From: Convolutriloba macropyga
Lineage: Eukaryota
Direction: 5' to 3'
NCBI RefSeq assembly: GCF_964194025.1
Contig: NC_134475.1
Coordinates: 15,066,001-15,130,000, forward strand
Length of the DNA stretch: 64,000 bases
Each line of letters begins with the position of its first letter. The stretch's first letter is position 1. A program made the position numbers and the translations under genes. A model generated the notes under the pieces. The model was not told where the DNA came from. It worked only from the letters and a program-made list of their open reading frames with translations, and did not search any database. Shown here in pieces: positions 49,749 to 63,936 of this stretch.

Positions 49749-52299
49749 TTTGCGCGTTTTGAATTGGCCTGCAGTTTATGGGACTAACTGTAGCGTGCTA
49801 CATAACAATGAAATAATTAAAGGTTTCACAAATCAGTGAACAGTTGACATGTCACGAGTTCAAACTGCAAACGCAGATTTAGAAAAACGCATGTGAATTG
49901 GACGTACGTGGAAAAGTGTTGGCATTCAAATGAACTAATGGATGCTCAATTGTGTTTGCCAATCCCTCGATAATTTCAATAATTGGATGGACTTTATACA
50001 CAAAACAGTCGATACAAGCATTATAGCGTGTACCATAAAGTTGAAATAGGCGAACGTTTCAAAGACCAATAAACAAATTTCATGGGCTACAGTTCAGATT
50101 TCAAAAATGTTCATAAAATTAGATCAAGTGTAGCTTAAGAAAAAAAAGTCTTGACATTGAAATAATCGCATTAAAGCCCATTTGCATGCTTTTTAGGGTT
50201 TTGAACGTTTGACTACTTCAACTTTAAAGCAAACTATAACATACAATTCGCTAATAGATACATATAACCTACTTGGTCCTATGCTTGTCCACTTTTGTTG
50301 TCTCTAAAGCAAATCAACTTTGTAATCAATGTGCTTAAATCAACATTTGACCCCAGCAGTCTCTCTAAACGGTTAAAAACGTTTGCTTCTTGAGGGTTAA
50401 ATCGTAACAACGCATGCAAAGGTTTTAAAGCTAATGATAAGAACTTAAAGTTCAGTTGCTAAATAAGAATATGACGTTATTGAGGGCAAAATGTAGTTGT
50501 CATCGACTTTTGCTTGGAAGTTTGAAATGTTAGTCGGCATCAAAGTCTCCTGAAGAGCCAACTAGACATTTATTTAGCATATTTTGTGATTTTTGATATA
50601 AATTAGATTTCAATTATGAAACTGAATTACCAAAACCAAGTGGGCAATCATAAAAAACCAAAAAATGTTAGCAAATTCGATAGAATCTTTTTGTAATTTT
50701 GTTGAGTAGCTTTTGCTTTCTTAAACATTTAATTGCTTTTCTGTAATTTAAATTTTATTTAATTGTCTTTAGAGTTAATCTATTCACGTTTTATTCAGAC
50801 AGTTGAACAAAAAATTTGTTTTGCACAGTGAAGTTAACCTAACCACAATCTTGACTTATTAGTGTTATTATGAGTTATTTCGAATACAAATTGCGAAATG
50901 AAACATTTTTATGGTCATTCAATATTATAAACTTAGATTTTTTTTAACTGTCAACTAGTGCTTTCAATTATGGCAACAAAGATACTAAGTTACCCAAAAA
51001 ATAATAATTTGCAGCCAACCCAAGTCATAACAGATTGGGTTGAAATTTGTTGCTCTTTTATTCTGAAAACTTTTCGAATTATGATCAATAATTGAACTGG
51101 GTTTAACGGCTGATATCATATGTTAAAACAAAGAAATTTGTGCACACCAAATTAACCTATCCCCCAAAACCTATTAATACTAACAATTGGTCGTATCGTG
51201 ACAGAAAAAATTTTTGTTCCCACCCACATGGGGGGTAATGTACACTCAAATGAGTTTTTTGTTCAGTCAATTTTCGCCGATCGACATATTCATCATAGAG
51301 AGTTGCTGGTGGTATCGTTAGAAAGCCCGTCAAGCGTAGAATATGGCAATAAAAAGATTTTTTTTCCCTTTTTCATAGGTAGTTATCCAGGTTAAAAGTT
51401 TGTTAATAATAGACGGAAATCTTTTCTTGTTATCCATATTTTCCGTATTTTTTGACCAAATTTTTGTCAATATTACTAAAGTTGTTAAAAATGTTAATAA
51501 CAATGTTACAAGTTTCACTTTTCAGTATATATGCGACTTGCCGATTGGTTTTATCCGAGTCTTTTGGTTAAAATTTCTGATGATTTTTTTGAAACACAGA
51601 CCTTTTGAATCAAAAATGTCTCCTAGTACGCTTTTTGTCCCACTTTGAATGAATATGCCCGAAGTAGAGACTTAACATCCGCTTTAGCAATTTGGAAAAC
51701 TGCAAAAAGGGCTGGTTGAACTATTGTTGGACGTTTTTGTTTGGGACGCAAAAATATTGGGGCTAGGTTAGGACCCTTCTTGGATTATTACAATCAATTT
51801 TTTTTTGGATGATGTTTGGGCGTGGTCTTTTTCAAATAATTTTTGCAGTGTTGTTTTGCTTTCATTTGACATGCTTTTAAAGCTTCAAGACTTCGGCGTT
51901 TTAATCAAAGATCCAATTGGGTTCTGTGCAGGCTACTTGTGAACCTGTGAAATGCTTGCAGTTATTAACTAAAGCCTCTTAGGACTTCGATTTATTTGTT
52001 TCAAAAAAAAATCAATGAAGCTTTGAAGTTTGCCCATTTTTTATCTTATTCCCGTGCATATGTTGCTTACTTTCAACATAAACTGGGCAACAATCAATAA
52101 ATCATTCTAAGTGAATTAAAAAACTGTTTATAGTTTGTTTTTTTAACTAATAATTTCTTGGCATTCTTACAATGAATGTTCAAATTTTGTAAATTTTGCA
52201 TATTTGCCAAAATTTGAGGTTGTTTTTTTTGCCTTTTTGAATTATCACATTAAAGATAGCTCCAATAGGCAAAAAAAGAATGCGCAAAAGAAAAATTTT

Positions 52300-53968
52300 A
52301 ATAGATATCAGTAAATAGCTTACAGTTTTGACGGCTGCGAAACCGTTCTTTCGCAAAATTTAATAGACTTTATTTAATTTTGCTTCTAATTGACATCCTA
52401 TTTGCGTCGTGCGGCATATTCTTAACAACTAAAGACTTAATTGCTTCTTTTGATGTTTAAACGTATAGATTCTTTGACTTCAGTTTATAGCTAACTCTTT
52501 TGATGACCTCAAGTTGAATTTTTAGAGAAAAAATATTTGGTAGTTTTTAATTTTTGTTCTCATTGTCGTCAACAATTTTCTTTCTTTCATTGTTGAAAAA
52601 GCTCATCATCTGTTGTTGCTGCGAACAACATTTAGCACTGTTGTTGATGTTTTGTACCTGTTATGTTCTGTGGTTATATTTGCTCTGACTTATTAAGAGC
52701 TTGGAAATGTTCTTTCGCAAATTCTTGAGTTTTCGGTCCTGGTCAACATTCGTGGTGTTGCCTTTTTTGCAAACAATTTTTTCAAAAAAACGCCCTTTAA
52801 AATCAAAAGAATCCGAAGCAAAAAATTCAACTCATTTTTTGTCAATTTCAATGGTTTTCAATGTCTTGTATTTTTATTGGCTTCAACAACACCGTGACAT
52901 TGATGAAATGTTTATGAAATTTTAATACAAATTAATATCCTCCGTATTCGTCGTTCTCCTGCCGTTTTATGATTTGGTCTCTCTGATAACAAAAAACACA
53001 ATTGGCCTCTTGTGCAGTTCAAAATTACTCTGTTTTTGTTTTATGTTGAAACCTTATGTATTGTTCGAAATTTCGAAAACGACTCCTGGGGTTTTTGAGC
53101 TTAACTGTCAATTTTGTAGCTCAATCCCTGTAAGGGCTGGTTGCATCTACTATCTGGTGAACACTGATTCAATCATTTTTGCTGATTTTTTGCAACTAAT
53201 GGTTTCTTGGTGTTGCTACTACGTATTTTCATAGGAAAAGCGTAATTTTTAGATGTTTGCCAACTTTTGAGTTTTCTTGTTTCTTTACCACATTGTCACA
53301 CTAAAGTGGCCTAATTGGCGTTGAAAAAGTGCAATTGAAAATATTTATTTCTTTATATGATAAGCTTATGGTTCTAAATTTTGGGATGCCGCTTTCTTGT
53401 TACATTTGATTGCTTTTTTGTTCTTGCCGTTCGTTTTGTAGTCGACTGTCATATTGACAGGTCTCACATGGTAAAAAATGACAGGTCTCAATTGCTTCAT
53501 TTGAGGTTTAAACTAACGTTTCTAATGAACCGAGATGAAACGTATTGGTTTTAATCAATTTGAACTTGGTTTTGTCGAAAGTAGAAACATTTTTTTGAAC
53601 TTTGCTCTTTCTGCTCTTCTTTGTCGATCTGCTACTAAGTACCATCATTGAAACGCCTCCTACTTTTTTGAGGGAAGTGCCGGTTAGTTTGTTTAATTTC
53701 GTTTTTATCTTATTCCATTTTTTTGGTCATTGCTGTTTCTTAAAATGCAGACATCGGTTTTCGATCGCAATTAATATGTTTGTTGTTATTCGGTTATTTC
53801 ATTGTCTTGTCCAGTACTATCATAAATAGCAATCATCCTCCCCATATTCCACGTTTAATGTTTTCATTTATTTGTCTGTTAAACGATATTTAATTTTTTG
53901 GATTGTTTTCTGTCTCCTCTTCATTTGGTAGTTGAGCAGTGTCGGAATATTATGTGCGAACATTACCA
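52300..53968 (-). repeat. Long diverged dispersed repeat, inverted copy C
   Basis: The reverse complement starts GGTAATGTTCGCACATAATATTCCGAC, matching copies A and B. The left boundary is approximate. Confidence 0.6.
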
Positions 53969-56849
53969 AGCCTCATTGTTAAATTTTGAAAATTAAAACT
54001 GACATGATAATTGGCCAGAGCAAAACTGCTTTTAAGTTAGGGAAATAAAAGTTTTTGTTGCGTAGACTTTACACTGAAAAATTATAGCTGCGAAGACAAA
54101 AAAATAGACTCGATATTCTAACGACCCGAGCGCATCAACTTTTTTTACTTAATTGTCAACCAAATGAAGAGACAATAAAAAATTAGTTGTTTGAGTTCAA
54201 AGATTTCGTTACACACCCAATAAAGTAATTTAATTACATAATTCCATGTGTCATTGGAGAGCTCGCAAAATTTACCGTTAATAAGACTACGAGAAGAAAA
54301 ACAAACAACAAAACAAGCAAAAACACAAAACATTTTTACGGCAAAAACTTAATAGATAAGTTTAAAAGCACCTGGTTACAACGCCAAATTACAATCAGAC
54401 AAAACCAGAACTACATAAATTTACTTTTTCTTTATTATAAAGCAAATGCTACCTTGCTTAAATGAGACTAGAAAACAAGTCGACAAAGAGAAAAAAACAT
54501 GAGGCGAACTCAAAAATAAATTAATAATTTCTATTCCAAGTAACTTCAAAGGTCCTAAAAGAGCAGTATCTTCCACAACAAAATTCTGGATAAATTTTCT
54601 AAAAGGTCACTAGAAAATCAGTATGGCCTGATTTTGGAAAGATCAAGCGATCGAAACGGACTAAAGGTGAAGAATAAATGAAAATATTTTAAAAAATTTG
54701 AGAATAAACAAACTATTCAGGTAATTAAAATCACTAGATATTATCTGGATACTATTTTTTATTTCAATTGTTATTTACAATATATCAGTTATTATTATAC
54801 TGAAAGGTTAAATAGGTTCACCTTAGCTTCTTTTGAATATCATTGGGTTTGTTATTAAGCGAATTTGCCTAAAGGAGACAAAGAGAACAAATGTTGACCA
54901 CTCACAAATTGTTCATGAAGACGCACATTGTGCAACAAACAACAAAACAGTCACGACATAATATCATTAAACACGTCAAAGTTCGATTTAAATGATTAAG
55001 ATGGAAGATTTCAATGATGACAATAATTTACAAGTTGTCAAAAAGAACATCAAAAAATGATATTTAAACAAATATATTTGAAAGCAACTATCAGGAACAT
55101 TAGGACATTTTGTTTTATACTGACTGCATTGAACAGGCTAGTCCAATGCTCAATCAGGAATTCATCAGAACTTTCAGCATTCCTAAGTGTCGAAGCCGTT
55201 AAAACGAGAAATTTTTCTCTGAAATTTCCATCTATGATTAATTGATCTCCAGCTATAAGCCAATGGGATCTGTCGATTTTAGGATAATAAAATAAGAAGT
55301 CAAAAAGAAACCACGATTTGAAAACTGATCTGAATTTTTTTAAGATAAATTATGAAAAATCGTGGCATCGATGTCATAAATTCAGTAGTTAGAAGAAAAA
55401 ACCGCTAACCAACTTAATTTTTGTTGCAGGAAAAAAATGGTCCTGTCATGATTGAGCCTTACAGGTACACAAAAAAAAGAAAACTTATTTTTGAAATCTT
55501 AACAGCCATTAGCTGTCCACTCAAAGCGCTACATAGGCTTAGTTCAAGCTTATAAGGAAGTGAGTCTGTTTCAATTTTAGTCAACGAGACTGCCATAGGA
55601 CTACAAAAATTTCAAAACCTCAAGAAGAAAATCAAATTTCACTAACTTCAACAACCAAATCTCACAGTCGAAGCCAAAAAGTCTTGAGCGATTCCTTCAA
55701 ATCCAATATTTGTTCAATGGGTATCATTTGAGTTTATATGGGGTTTGTCCTTAACGGCGCCTTGATATGAAAAGTGACTTTAAGTCTCTAAGTCTTTAAG
55801 TGACTAGAAATTTTTTTTAAAAAAAACAAAAAATAAAGGTTTTTAAAAAACAGCTCTCAATTAGAATTCAATTTTTTTTATAGTGAAATTCACTCTGAGA
55901 TCATAAAGAGCCTCTTTATTGCCTTTTGTCTTTTTTGGAACACAAAATTGTTTGATTTTGAAGCGTAAAATGTTATTTTGAATATATGTTTTAATAGAAA
56001 AAATCTCACAATGGACGAAAATTTCCATAAAATTGAACAAAAACATGCCAAATATCACGTGTCCACGCAGAGCATTAAACCTCGAAAGCTCCTCGAAAAG
56101 AGCGAAAATCAGAAAACAATTTTCTATTCTACTCTGGACGAGATTTTTAAAGATGCCACTCAAATTTCTCTACGATGAGTATATCGATCTGCCAAAATTG
56201 ACTGAACAAAAAAACGCATTTGAGTATGTAATTCCTCCCAAACCCCCCCCCCCCCACCACAAGTGGGGTCAGAACAATTATAACACTTAAATGGAGTTTT
56301 CTAAACATAAAAAGTCCAAAAATTGTCAAACTGTTGAACTTTTCTGCGTGTTTTTTTTTTCATTGTCGATAATATTATATATTGGAAATTATGTTAGTTT
56401 AGTCTTATGAAACATTTTGTTTTCTCAACATACTAAAAGATTGTCCAATTTAATGCCAAACCAATCATCAGGAAACATTTTAAAACGGTTTATTGCTCTC
56501 GATTTTATTTCCTTTCAGATAATCGTCTGCTCAAAAATTGAAAGTTAAACGCCCTGCTTTTTAAAATTCCTCATTTAATTTCATTCGATTTTCATTACGT
56601 AAAAGTAAACAACTTTAATTTTTCAATATACAAAAAACACCTGGACAAAATTCAAAATTTTTGAAGCTCATATATAGCTCATGACACTATATACCATTTA
56701 TAGAGAAAACCGTCACTTGGTTGGTGTTCATGAAAAACCAACGTCAAAATTGCATCTCATATGAAACAAAACGTTTTCATGTTTTCTACTTTGAGCCAAA
56801 TTCATTTCTAGTTTAATCACATAAAATTTCGAAAAAAAATTATTTAATT

Positions 56850-57800
56850 ATGTTTCGATTAAAAGAACTTTTGCTCTCATTATCCATAATAGCTGTGACA
56901 GATCAGACCTACACTCGCGTTGGTTATTTTACCCCCATGGCAAATATAAGAATGGCACACAAATTCTTTATCACCCAACTAAGTCAAATTCCAATGACAC
57001 GATGTATTCAGAGATGTATGCAGCATTACCAATGTTTAACCTTTGCTTACGGGTACAGAACATGTCTGCTTTATTCTTCGGATCCACGGACTGAATTAGA
57101 AGAACCGTCTTTAATGAGAAAGTTCAAAATTCATCTTAACTTTTTCACGTTTCACAGAACTGATCAACGTTTGTGCTACGTGAATAAAATACCTGTTAAC
57201 TCGGGTCACGATATTCAAAAATGCGCGATTGGGGGCAAAATTCAGGCCTCAAAATGCTCAGAATGGGGTGACTGGCAAAGTATTTACGGCGGGGCGAAAG
57301 ATGAAAGATTTGTGGGTAAAATCAACATTACAAAGTCACTGGAACGGTTTTTAAATTGTACTCGACCTCTGAATAACGGCGTGCAATGCGTCGGTAAACG
57401 CTATGAGAGAAAAGAAAAATTTGTGCATTTGATTCGAAAAGCAGTTCTCGAAAAAAAGGCCAACGAATTTTGTCGGTCAAATGGTCTAGAATTGTTCACT
57501 GGTTTGTACATGATTCCTGAAGGGTCTTGGCCAGGGGGTGACCATAATTACTGGACGGGTTTTATAAAGTTATACGGGAAAATTATGGATAGGGATGCAA
57601 AGCAGTGGGTGACTTACGATTGCCCAGATATGTGGGGTCATAACCAGCCAGATGCTGTTTTCGGACCAGAGCCGTACGTTTATGTTACCGACGGAAGGTT
57701 AACTGATAGAGCGGGAATGTTGATAGCTTATGTGGCCTGTGATCGATGGGAATGGGTTCAACATTTTGACTGTGACAAACCATATTTTTCTCTAATTTAG
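56850..57800 (+). CDS. Secreted PAN/apple + TSP1-like + C-type lectin-like protein (316 aa, single coding exon)
   Basis: Signal peptide (LLLSLSIIAVT); CIQRCMQHYQCLTFAY..RTCLLYS (PAN); CSEWGDW...R..NC.RP.NNG.QC.G (TSP1-like); ANEFC...YWTG...WGHNQPD....EPYV...VAC (CTLD-like). Confidence 0.85.
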   Translation: MFRLKELLLSLSIIAVTDQTYTRVGYFTPMANIRMAHKFFITQLSQIPMTRCIQRCMQHYQCLTFAYGYRTCLLYSSDPRTELEEPSLMRKFKIHLNFFTFHRTDQRLCYVNKIPVNSGHDIQKCAIGGKIQASKCSEWGDWQSIYGGAKDERFVGKINITKSLERFLNCTRPLNNGVQCVGKRYERKEKFVHLIRKAVLEKKANEFCRSNGLELFTGLYMIPEGSWPGGDHNYWTGFIKLYGKIMDRDAKQWVTYDCPDMWGHNQPDAVFGPEPYVYVTDGRLTDRAGMLIAYVACDRWEWVQHFDCDKPYFSLI

Positions 57801-58810
57801 TTGCAGAAAACAGCTAAAAATAACTTCATTATTTTAATTTAAAGTATCTTATCACATGTTATTTTTTGACCATCGAAGCATTACCAATTGATTTTCATCA
57901 GTAGATTGAGTTTTGATTTCAAATATTTATAAATTAGAGTTCTTGACATCTGAAGTATTTGTTTTTTGTAAGTTGCTTAAAGCAGCAGAACTCAAAAATG
58001 GTCCGTTTGTTCAAAAAGAACGGACTCTATAATCACGTCAAATTCGTTTTGTACAACATTTTACAAAATTAAAATTTTGTCAACTTCAAGAAGCAAATTT
58101 TCTGTCTTAAGAATTTGTTTTAGATGATATTTTGTCCATTATAAATATTTTTATTCATTGCGAATAGTTTTTTTCATATTACTGGCTTATCAACCAAAGA
58201 TTTGTCAATTAAAGTGTTCGAAGCCCTTGTCAACACTATATTAATGCAAGCAAATCCAAAATAATACAAAAATCCAAAGGTCTTGTCTTCAAGCAAATCC
58301 AAAAACCAACGCTGCTACATAAATTGAGACAAAAATCAGTGAGAGTGGTTACAAGAAAAGAGCAGGAATAACAAGATAGGTCCTGAAACAATTCAAAGAA
58401 TTTTTATCGACAGAACCAAAATATTGGTCTCAGAATTGTTCTGGAAAGGAACTTGAAAAATATTTGATAAACAATTCAGATGAAAAAACTCGAGAAACAG
58501 CAAACCACCAAATGTGAAAAAAATCCGGTCTCAGAAATCAAAAATCTGTTCAAATGCCACTATCTCACTCCATTTTAGAATTTCACGCCTCAAACCACAC
58601 GCTTTTTGGCTCAGTTTCCTGTTTTGGCGTGATCAAAATTACCAGTCCAATTTGATCTCAAAAAACGCGCGAAAAGTGTGTGAACAGATCTTATAATCAA
58701 TGTAGACAGTAATTAATCATTGCATTCTTTTCGCACTAAATGACCTAGACGTCAAATTTAAGATGAAATAAAAAAGACTCGCATCCACGCTATTGTTCGT
58801 TTTCAAGCTA

Positions 58811-59406
58811 TAGTGAACGGCAAAAGTAATTTAGCACTCCCTAGTATTACGAAGTAAAAATTCAATTTTTGAGGCATTATTAACTCGACTTAAAACTCTT
58901 TTTGGAAGCCATTTTTGCACCCTTGCACCCCAGTACTAGTCGTCTCTCTTTTCTATGAAATTCAGATAACATGCAGCGTTCCCTTATCTGATATCTCAAT
59001 GTATTCTTGATGAACTCTATCCAAGTTTCACAGTTTAAAAAAGTTGTCACAAGATGTGAAATATTTCAGATTTGTTTAACTCTGACTAAGTTTGCACTTG
59101 TATTTTTAAACATCAGAGAAAGAAACGATGCGAATAAATTGTGATATTGTGAAAATCTATTCTTATGGTGAAACTTGGATGGAGGCCATAAAGTTTTCAT
59201 TGAGATAACTGGTAAGTGAACGGTGCATTTTATCTGATTTTTTTTAGGTAAGCGAGAGTATTCGTGTCACTATGTAAGCGAGAGGAATATCCTATGGGTG
59301 TAAAATTGTTTCTGATAAGCAATTATAAGTTGGGGTAATATTGCCTCAAAAACTGAATTTTTACTCGTAGAACTAGGGGGGTGCTAACTTATTTTGCCGA
59401 TCAGTA
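58811..59406. mobile_element. Foldback MITE with long imperfect TIRs (possibly Tc1/mariner-derived)
   Basis: CGGCAAAAGTAATTTAGCACTCCCTAG... is mirrored by ...CTAGGGGGGTGCTAACTTATTTTGCCG. Inner arms also mirror (TCAGATAACATGCAGCGTTC / GAACGGTGCATTTTATCTGA). Confidence 0.8.
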
Positions 59407-59799
59407 AATTTCTAACCCTCTAATTTCATTCGATGGTACTGGCGCTTGTACCGTAGCTAAACTCAATATTTGCATGAAAACTGAAAACTTTGAAAAAAAA
59501 ACGTTCTTCTTAGAAACTGCTAGAAAATTTTTTCTCTCTCTCTCTCTTATTTCATATATAAAGCTTCCATTTAAAAAAATATCCACAAAATACTTCGTTA
59601 TTATCAAGAGTTCGCGTTTTAATTATCTCGAGATAAACTCTTAGGCCGTTCAAGAGCACGTAAAATTTTAATTCATAAATTTCCCACAAATGTTGGACAT
59701 CAGGTTGGAAATACTCCAGATTGTCGTTAACTTGGAATTCAAAAGTCGCTAAAAGACAACAGAATGAACTGCAATAAATTCGGAAAGCTGGCAATCAAA

Positions 59800-62370
59800 G
59801 CAAAACCGTAGTTGCTCCAGAAACTAAGATTCAAGATTCAAAATATTCAAAAAATCAAACATCAACCAGGCGGAAAACGTTTTTTAGTCAAGAATTCGAG
59901 CAAAGCAAAAAACAGTGGGGACAGCATAGAAGCGAGACAATATGCAGCCATTGAAACCAATCGGAAGGCTCAAATGAACGGAATCACAGAACAGAGCTGC
60001 TCAATATCAACTAAACGAGATCCACCGATAACAAAAAAGATGTGGAGAAAGGTACAGCAGTTTCAGACAACCCTAAGTACACTTTTATATCCCAATAAAT
60101 TGGCCGAATGCTTACACTGTCAATGCGTCAACATAAAACGTCAACGACCGCAACTAAATCTGAGACAATTTCAAACCAGGATCAATCTGTGAAAGAGGAA
60201 GTTGTAAACGTACAAATGAGATCCCCTCAAAAATTATCAATCTCTTGAGGCAACATTTCAAAGTATTATTGACGTAAAAAGAAATTCTATCTTCGGGCGC
60301 CCTCATGAAAAGCGCAGAATCAGAGCTTCGGATTTCCCTACGACAAAGAGAACACACTCGAGAAAAACCCACCAACAGAGATGAAATTAATTTTCAATAA
60401 CGAAAAGACTTCCGATAAATCATGGGTGACAAAAGAAAATAAGCAGTTAGTTGCTGAGAAACATCGTTACTTCAATGTGTACACATTGACAAAAAAAGCT
60501 TATTCATTTGTGTCTTTTATAAAATATCGCAAACTTGTAAAGAGGCAGCTAAAAGAAGCACAAAATAAATTTTCCAAGGATTTTTTCGAGAAATTTTAAA
60601 CCTCAAAAGAGAAATGGAAATTCATCAAGAAAAAAATTGGAAAGAAAAATAACGCTTCTAACATCACTGAAATTGATGAAAATGAAAGACAAAAGGAATC
60701 ACAAAAAAGTCGATCTGTAGCGCTTTTAACAGAGTATTCAGGTAAATGGGGGGCGTCTACAGAGGGAAGGTTGTTCCATTGAACGTCGAAAAGACAGAGC
60801 AAAAACTCAAAAGTTTAACTTTAGGCAATTTACTTTGAGGGATATCTATAAAGTTATTGATAATCTAGCCAACAACAAAGCACTAGGGCCGGATACATCA
60901 ATACTAAGGGATTGAAATCTGGAAAGTATGCTATTAGAACACATCTCTAGACTATATCTAACAATTGTATTCAAGAGAAAAGGTTTTCAACAGTTCTGAG
61001 GGACGAACAAATCACACCAATTTTCAAAAAAGGAGATGTTTCTTTCTAAACTAATTATCGTCCAATTTCCGTAGCACTAATTTTTGCTAAAGTTTTTCAA
61101 AGTCTTTTACTTAATCAAGTAGTAGAATATCTCGAAATAGATGCAATCTTGAACAGAAAACAATTCGATTTCCAATCCAGAAAGTTTTCGACTGATGCTG
61201 TGCTTTATTTTAATGAAAAACTACGACACAGTTGTAGTGTTTTTGGATCTTGCAAAAACTTTCATTTCCATTTCACATGAGATCTTTCTCATGAGAGCTG
61301 AAAAATTCAATCTATCTCAATCAACAATTTTACTTATCAAATTTTTATCACAAACCGAAAAGAATGCGTAAAATTTGGTGTTGACTTACAAGAGAAAATA
61401 ACTATTAATCATAGTGTTCCACAATGAATTGTAATAGAACCTCTTTTTTTTCTAATATATGTCAACGATTTTTCTGAAAAACTGAAAGGTGAAACAAATT
61501 TTGTTCAATTTGCAGATGACACTTGTGGTATATGCATTTTGAAAAATAAAGAAAACATTCCACTAAAATTTTGAAAAATTTAGAACAAACAGACAATGAC
61601 CTGAGAGAATCGACCCAATTTAAATGCCAATAAAACAGAGATGTTTTTCTTGACAAATCAAACTAATTCGGATCCAGAGTTTACTTTTACAGGAAAAGTT
61701 ATCAAACCAGCTCATGTGTCGTTATCGTGGAAAAGAACTTGATTCAAACCTATTCTTTGCAATTTACCTGAACATTTTTTTAAGAATAATAGCTCATGCA
61801 ATTCGTTCTTTGTATCTTGAAAGAAATCAAATTCCTTTAAAAGTAAGAGTTGATGTTTTCAAGTCAGTTGTTCTCCCTCATCTTTTTTTCAGTGGAGTAT
61901 TTATTCAAACTTTTGCAGCAAAAAACGTACACCTATAAATAGGCAAATTATCTGAATAGAAAAGTGTGTTATTTTCAACAAAATATTGATCACTCCACTG
62001 ATCTTCTCGTCAACCATCGTATCTTTCCAGCCAAATTGTTTATCACGAAAATTAGGTTAGTGAAGCTACAAATATATATAAGACAACGGGAAACATCTAA
62101 AAATTTTGAAATGCTTACTAGTCGCCAAAACGTTTGACAGAACAAGAGAACAAATCCAATTATTATTAAAAAGAGAGGGACATCGACGTGGAGTAACAAA
62201 TCTTTGATCTTGAATACCGTTCAAAAATTGAACAAAATGCCCTCTTCGTTAAGAACTTTTAACAGTAAAACTTGCTTTATAAAGATTTTAACTGGATTTT
62301 TGCTCGATCAGCACATGAAAGTACCCGTTAATAAACAAATAGGAGTCTTCTAATCCTATTTTTACCTATG
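59800..62370 (+). mobile_element. Decayed LINE (CR1/L2/Jockey-like) reverse transcriptase region
   Basis: Fragments SWVTKE, ITPIFKKGD, NYRPISV, VFLDLAK, VPQ, FLIYVND and QFADDT (61504-61521), with many stops. The 5' boundary is uncertain. Confidence 0.88.
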
Positions 62371-63211
62371 AGAACGAATACCCGGAATTGTATGATTATT
62401 TTTTTAAATACCAATACTGATTAATTTATTCAACATTTGAATGCATGTAAATATCTAACCTTAGGGTTATAATATGAATAACTTACATGTTTAAAAAAAG
62501 AAGAGCTTTCAAAAACATTGCAAAAGTTGAAGTGAAGACAGGTTCTGGAAGACCAAATTTGTATAACAACCTTTTTGCAACAAAAACTGGAAATCAGTTC
62601 CAAGTCTTTACTAGATAACCCACACGGCTCTTTTTTGTTTACATTGGCTCTAGGACAAATGGTGTTTATTTCACAGGTATGAACCCAACTTCCACGAAGT
62701 GGAGTCAGCACTTCGTCCATAATAAACTCATTTATCCAAATCTAAATCAGGTTATGGTTTGGACAGACTGATAGGCCGACGAAGCATATTTGGCGATTGT
62801 TTTGTTTTTGTTCCAAGCCTATTCAGATAACAGAGTTAAACGTACTGATAGAAATTTAAACGGGCCGTATTGAAACATAGCGTTAAGAGAACAGTCCATT
62901 TTATCTTCTGGCACAAATTTCGCCATGCAAACACGTTTAAACTATTGTTTTTTCAATAACATAGGTCATTATAACCAATCTTTTCTTGACTCTTGTTCCT
63001 CTGACCACATTATCCTTATGGTTGCTCAAAAGGGCAGTTTGCTATTAAGTACCGGTGTCGTAAAGATTGCTATCAATTGATAAAGCTGTTGTCCCTACAA
63101 AAATTGTTGATGTTAATAATGTTGTAGTTTTTCCTCAAAGGTTTGTAAACATAGAATGAAATGTTTTTCTCGCATTTTCCCTCAGTTCAGATTACTTTAC
63201 TGTTACTTTAG

Positions 63212-63331
63212 GCCAAGTTACTTTACTGTCTCGATGAATGTATTTTATTTTTGCTGCGTGGTATATTTCATATGAAATATGCCACGCAGTCGAAATAAAA
63301 TGCATTTATCAAGACAGTAAATTAACTAGGC
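63212..63331. repeat. 120-bp loop-less palindrome
   Basis: 60-bp arms centred at 63271/63272, 51/60 complementary. Confidence 0.92.
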
Positions 63332-63870
63332 AAATCTAAACAAAGGGACAATTCTGGTTGCCCAATTGATAAGTATCGAGATCAAGAATCTGAACCGTCA
63401 TTTTAGTCGAGATTTTACTACATAAAAATTATACATCTGGCAAAGGTTTAAAATTTGACACCCAATACAAAAAGGAATTTGCGTTTGCAAATAATGTTCC
63501 GAACCCAATCATTTACATATTTGACTTAATTATCAGCCAAATGAGAAAGAAAATACAATAAGATAAAAATACCCGCACCGTTTGATAACAATTGGTTAGG
63601 AATAGAAAAAATTGCTCTAAACGCAAACAACCTAAACAATTAAACAATGCCATATTAGAGATCTGATAACACCTGCCATTAACAAAAATACGATAAACAA
63701 CAAATAAAAAAAACAACAAAAAATAATATTTACGGTCAAACTTAATATCTGTTTAAAAAATACTAGAATCAAAAATAGCATCAGATAAAACCCAAAAAAA
63801 AACGAATCAACTTGCTTTTCCCTTCTACGCAGACGAGACGTGCTCTTAATTAGATCCTGTGATAAGTCCA

Positions 63871-63894
63871 CAACAACAACAACAACGACAACAA

Positions 63895-63935
<41 letters not shown>
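63871..63935. repeat. (ACA)n microsatellite
   Basis: Seen directly. Confidence 0.95.
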
Positions 63936-63936
<1 letters not shown>

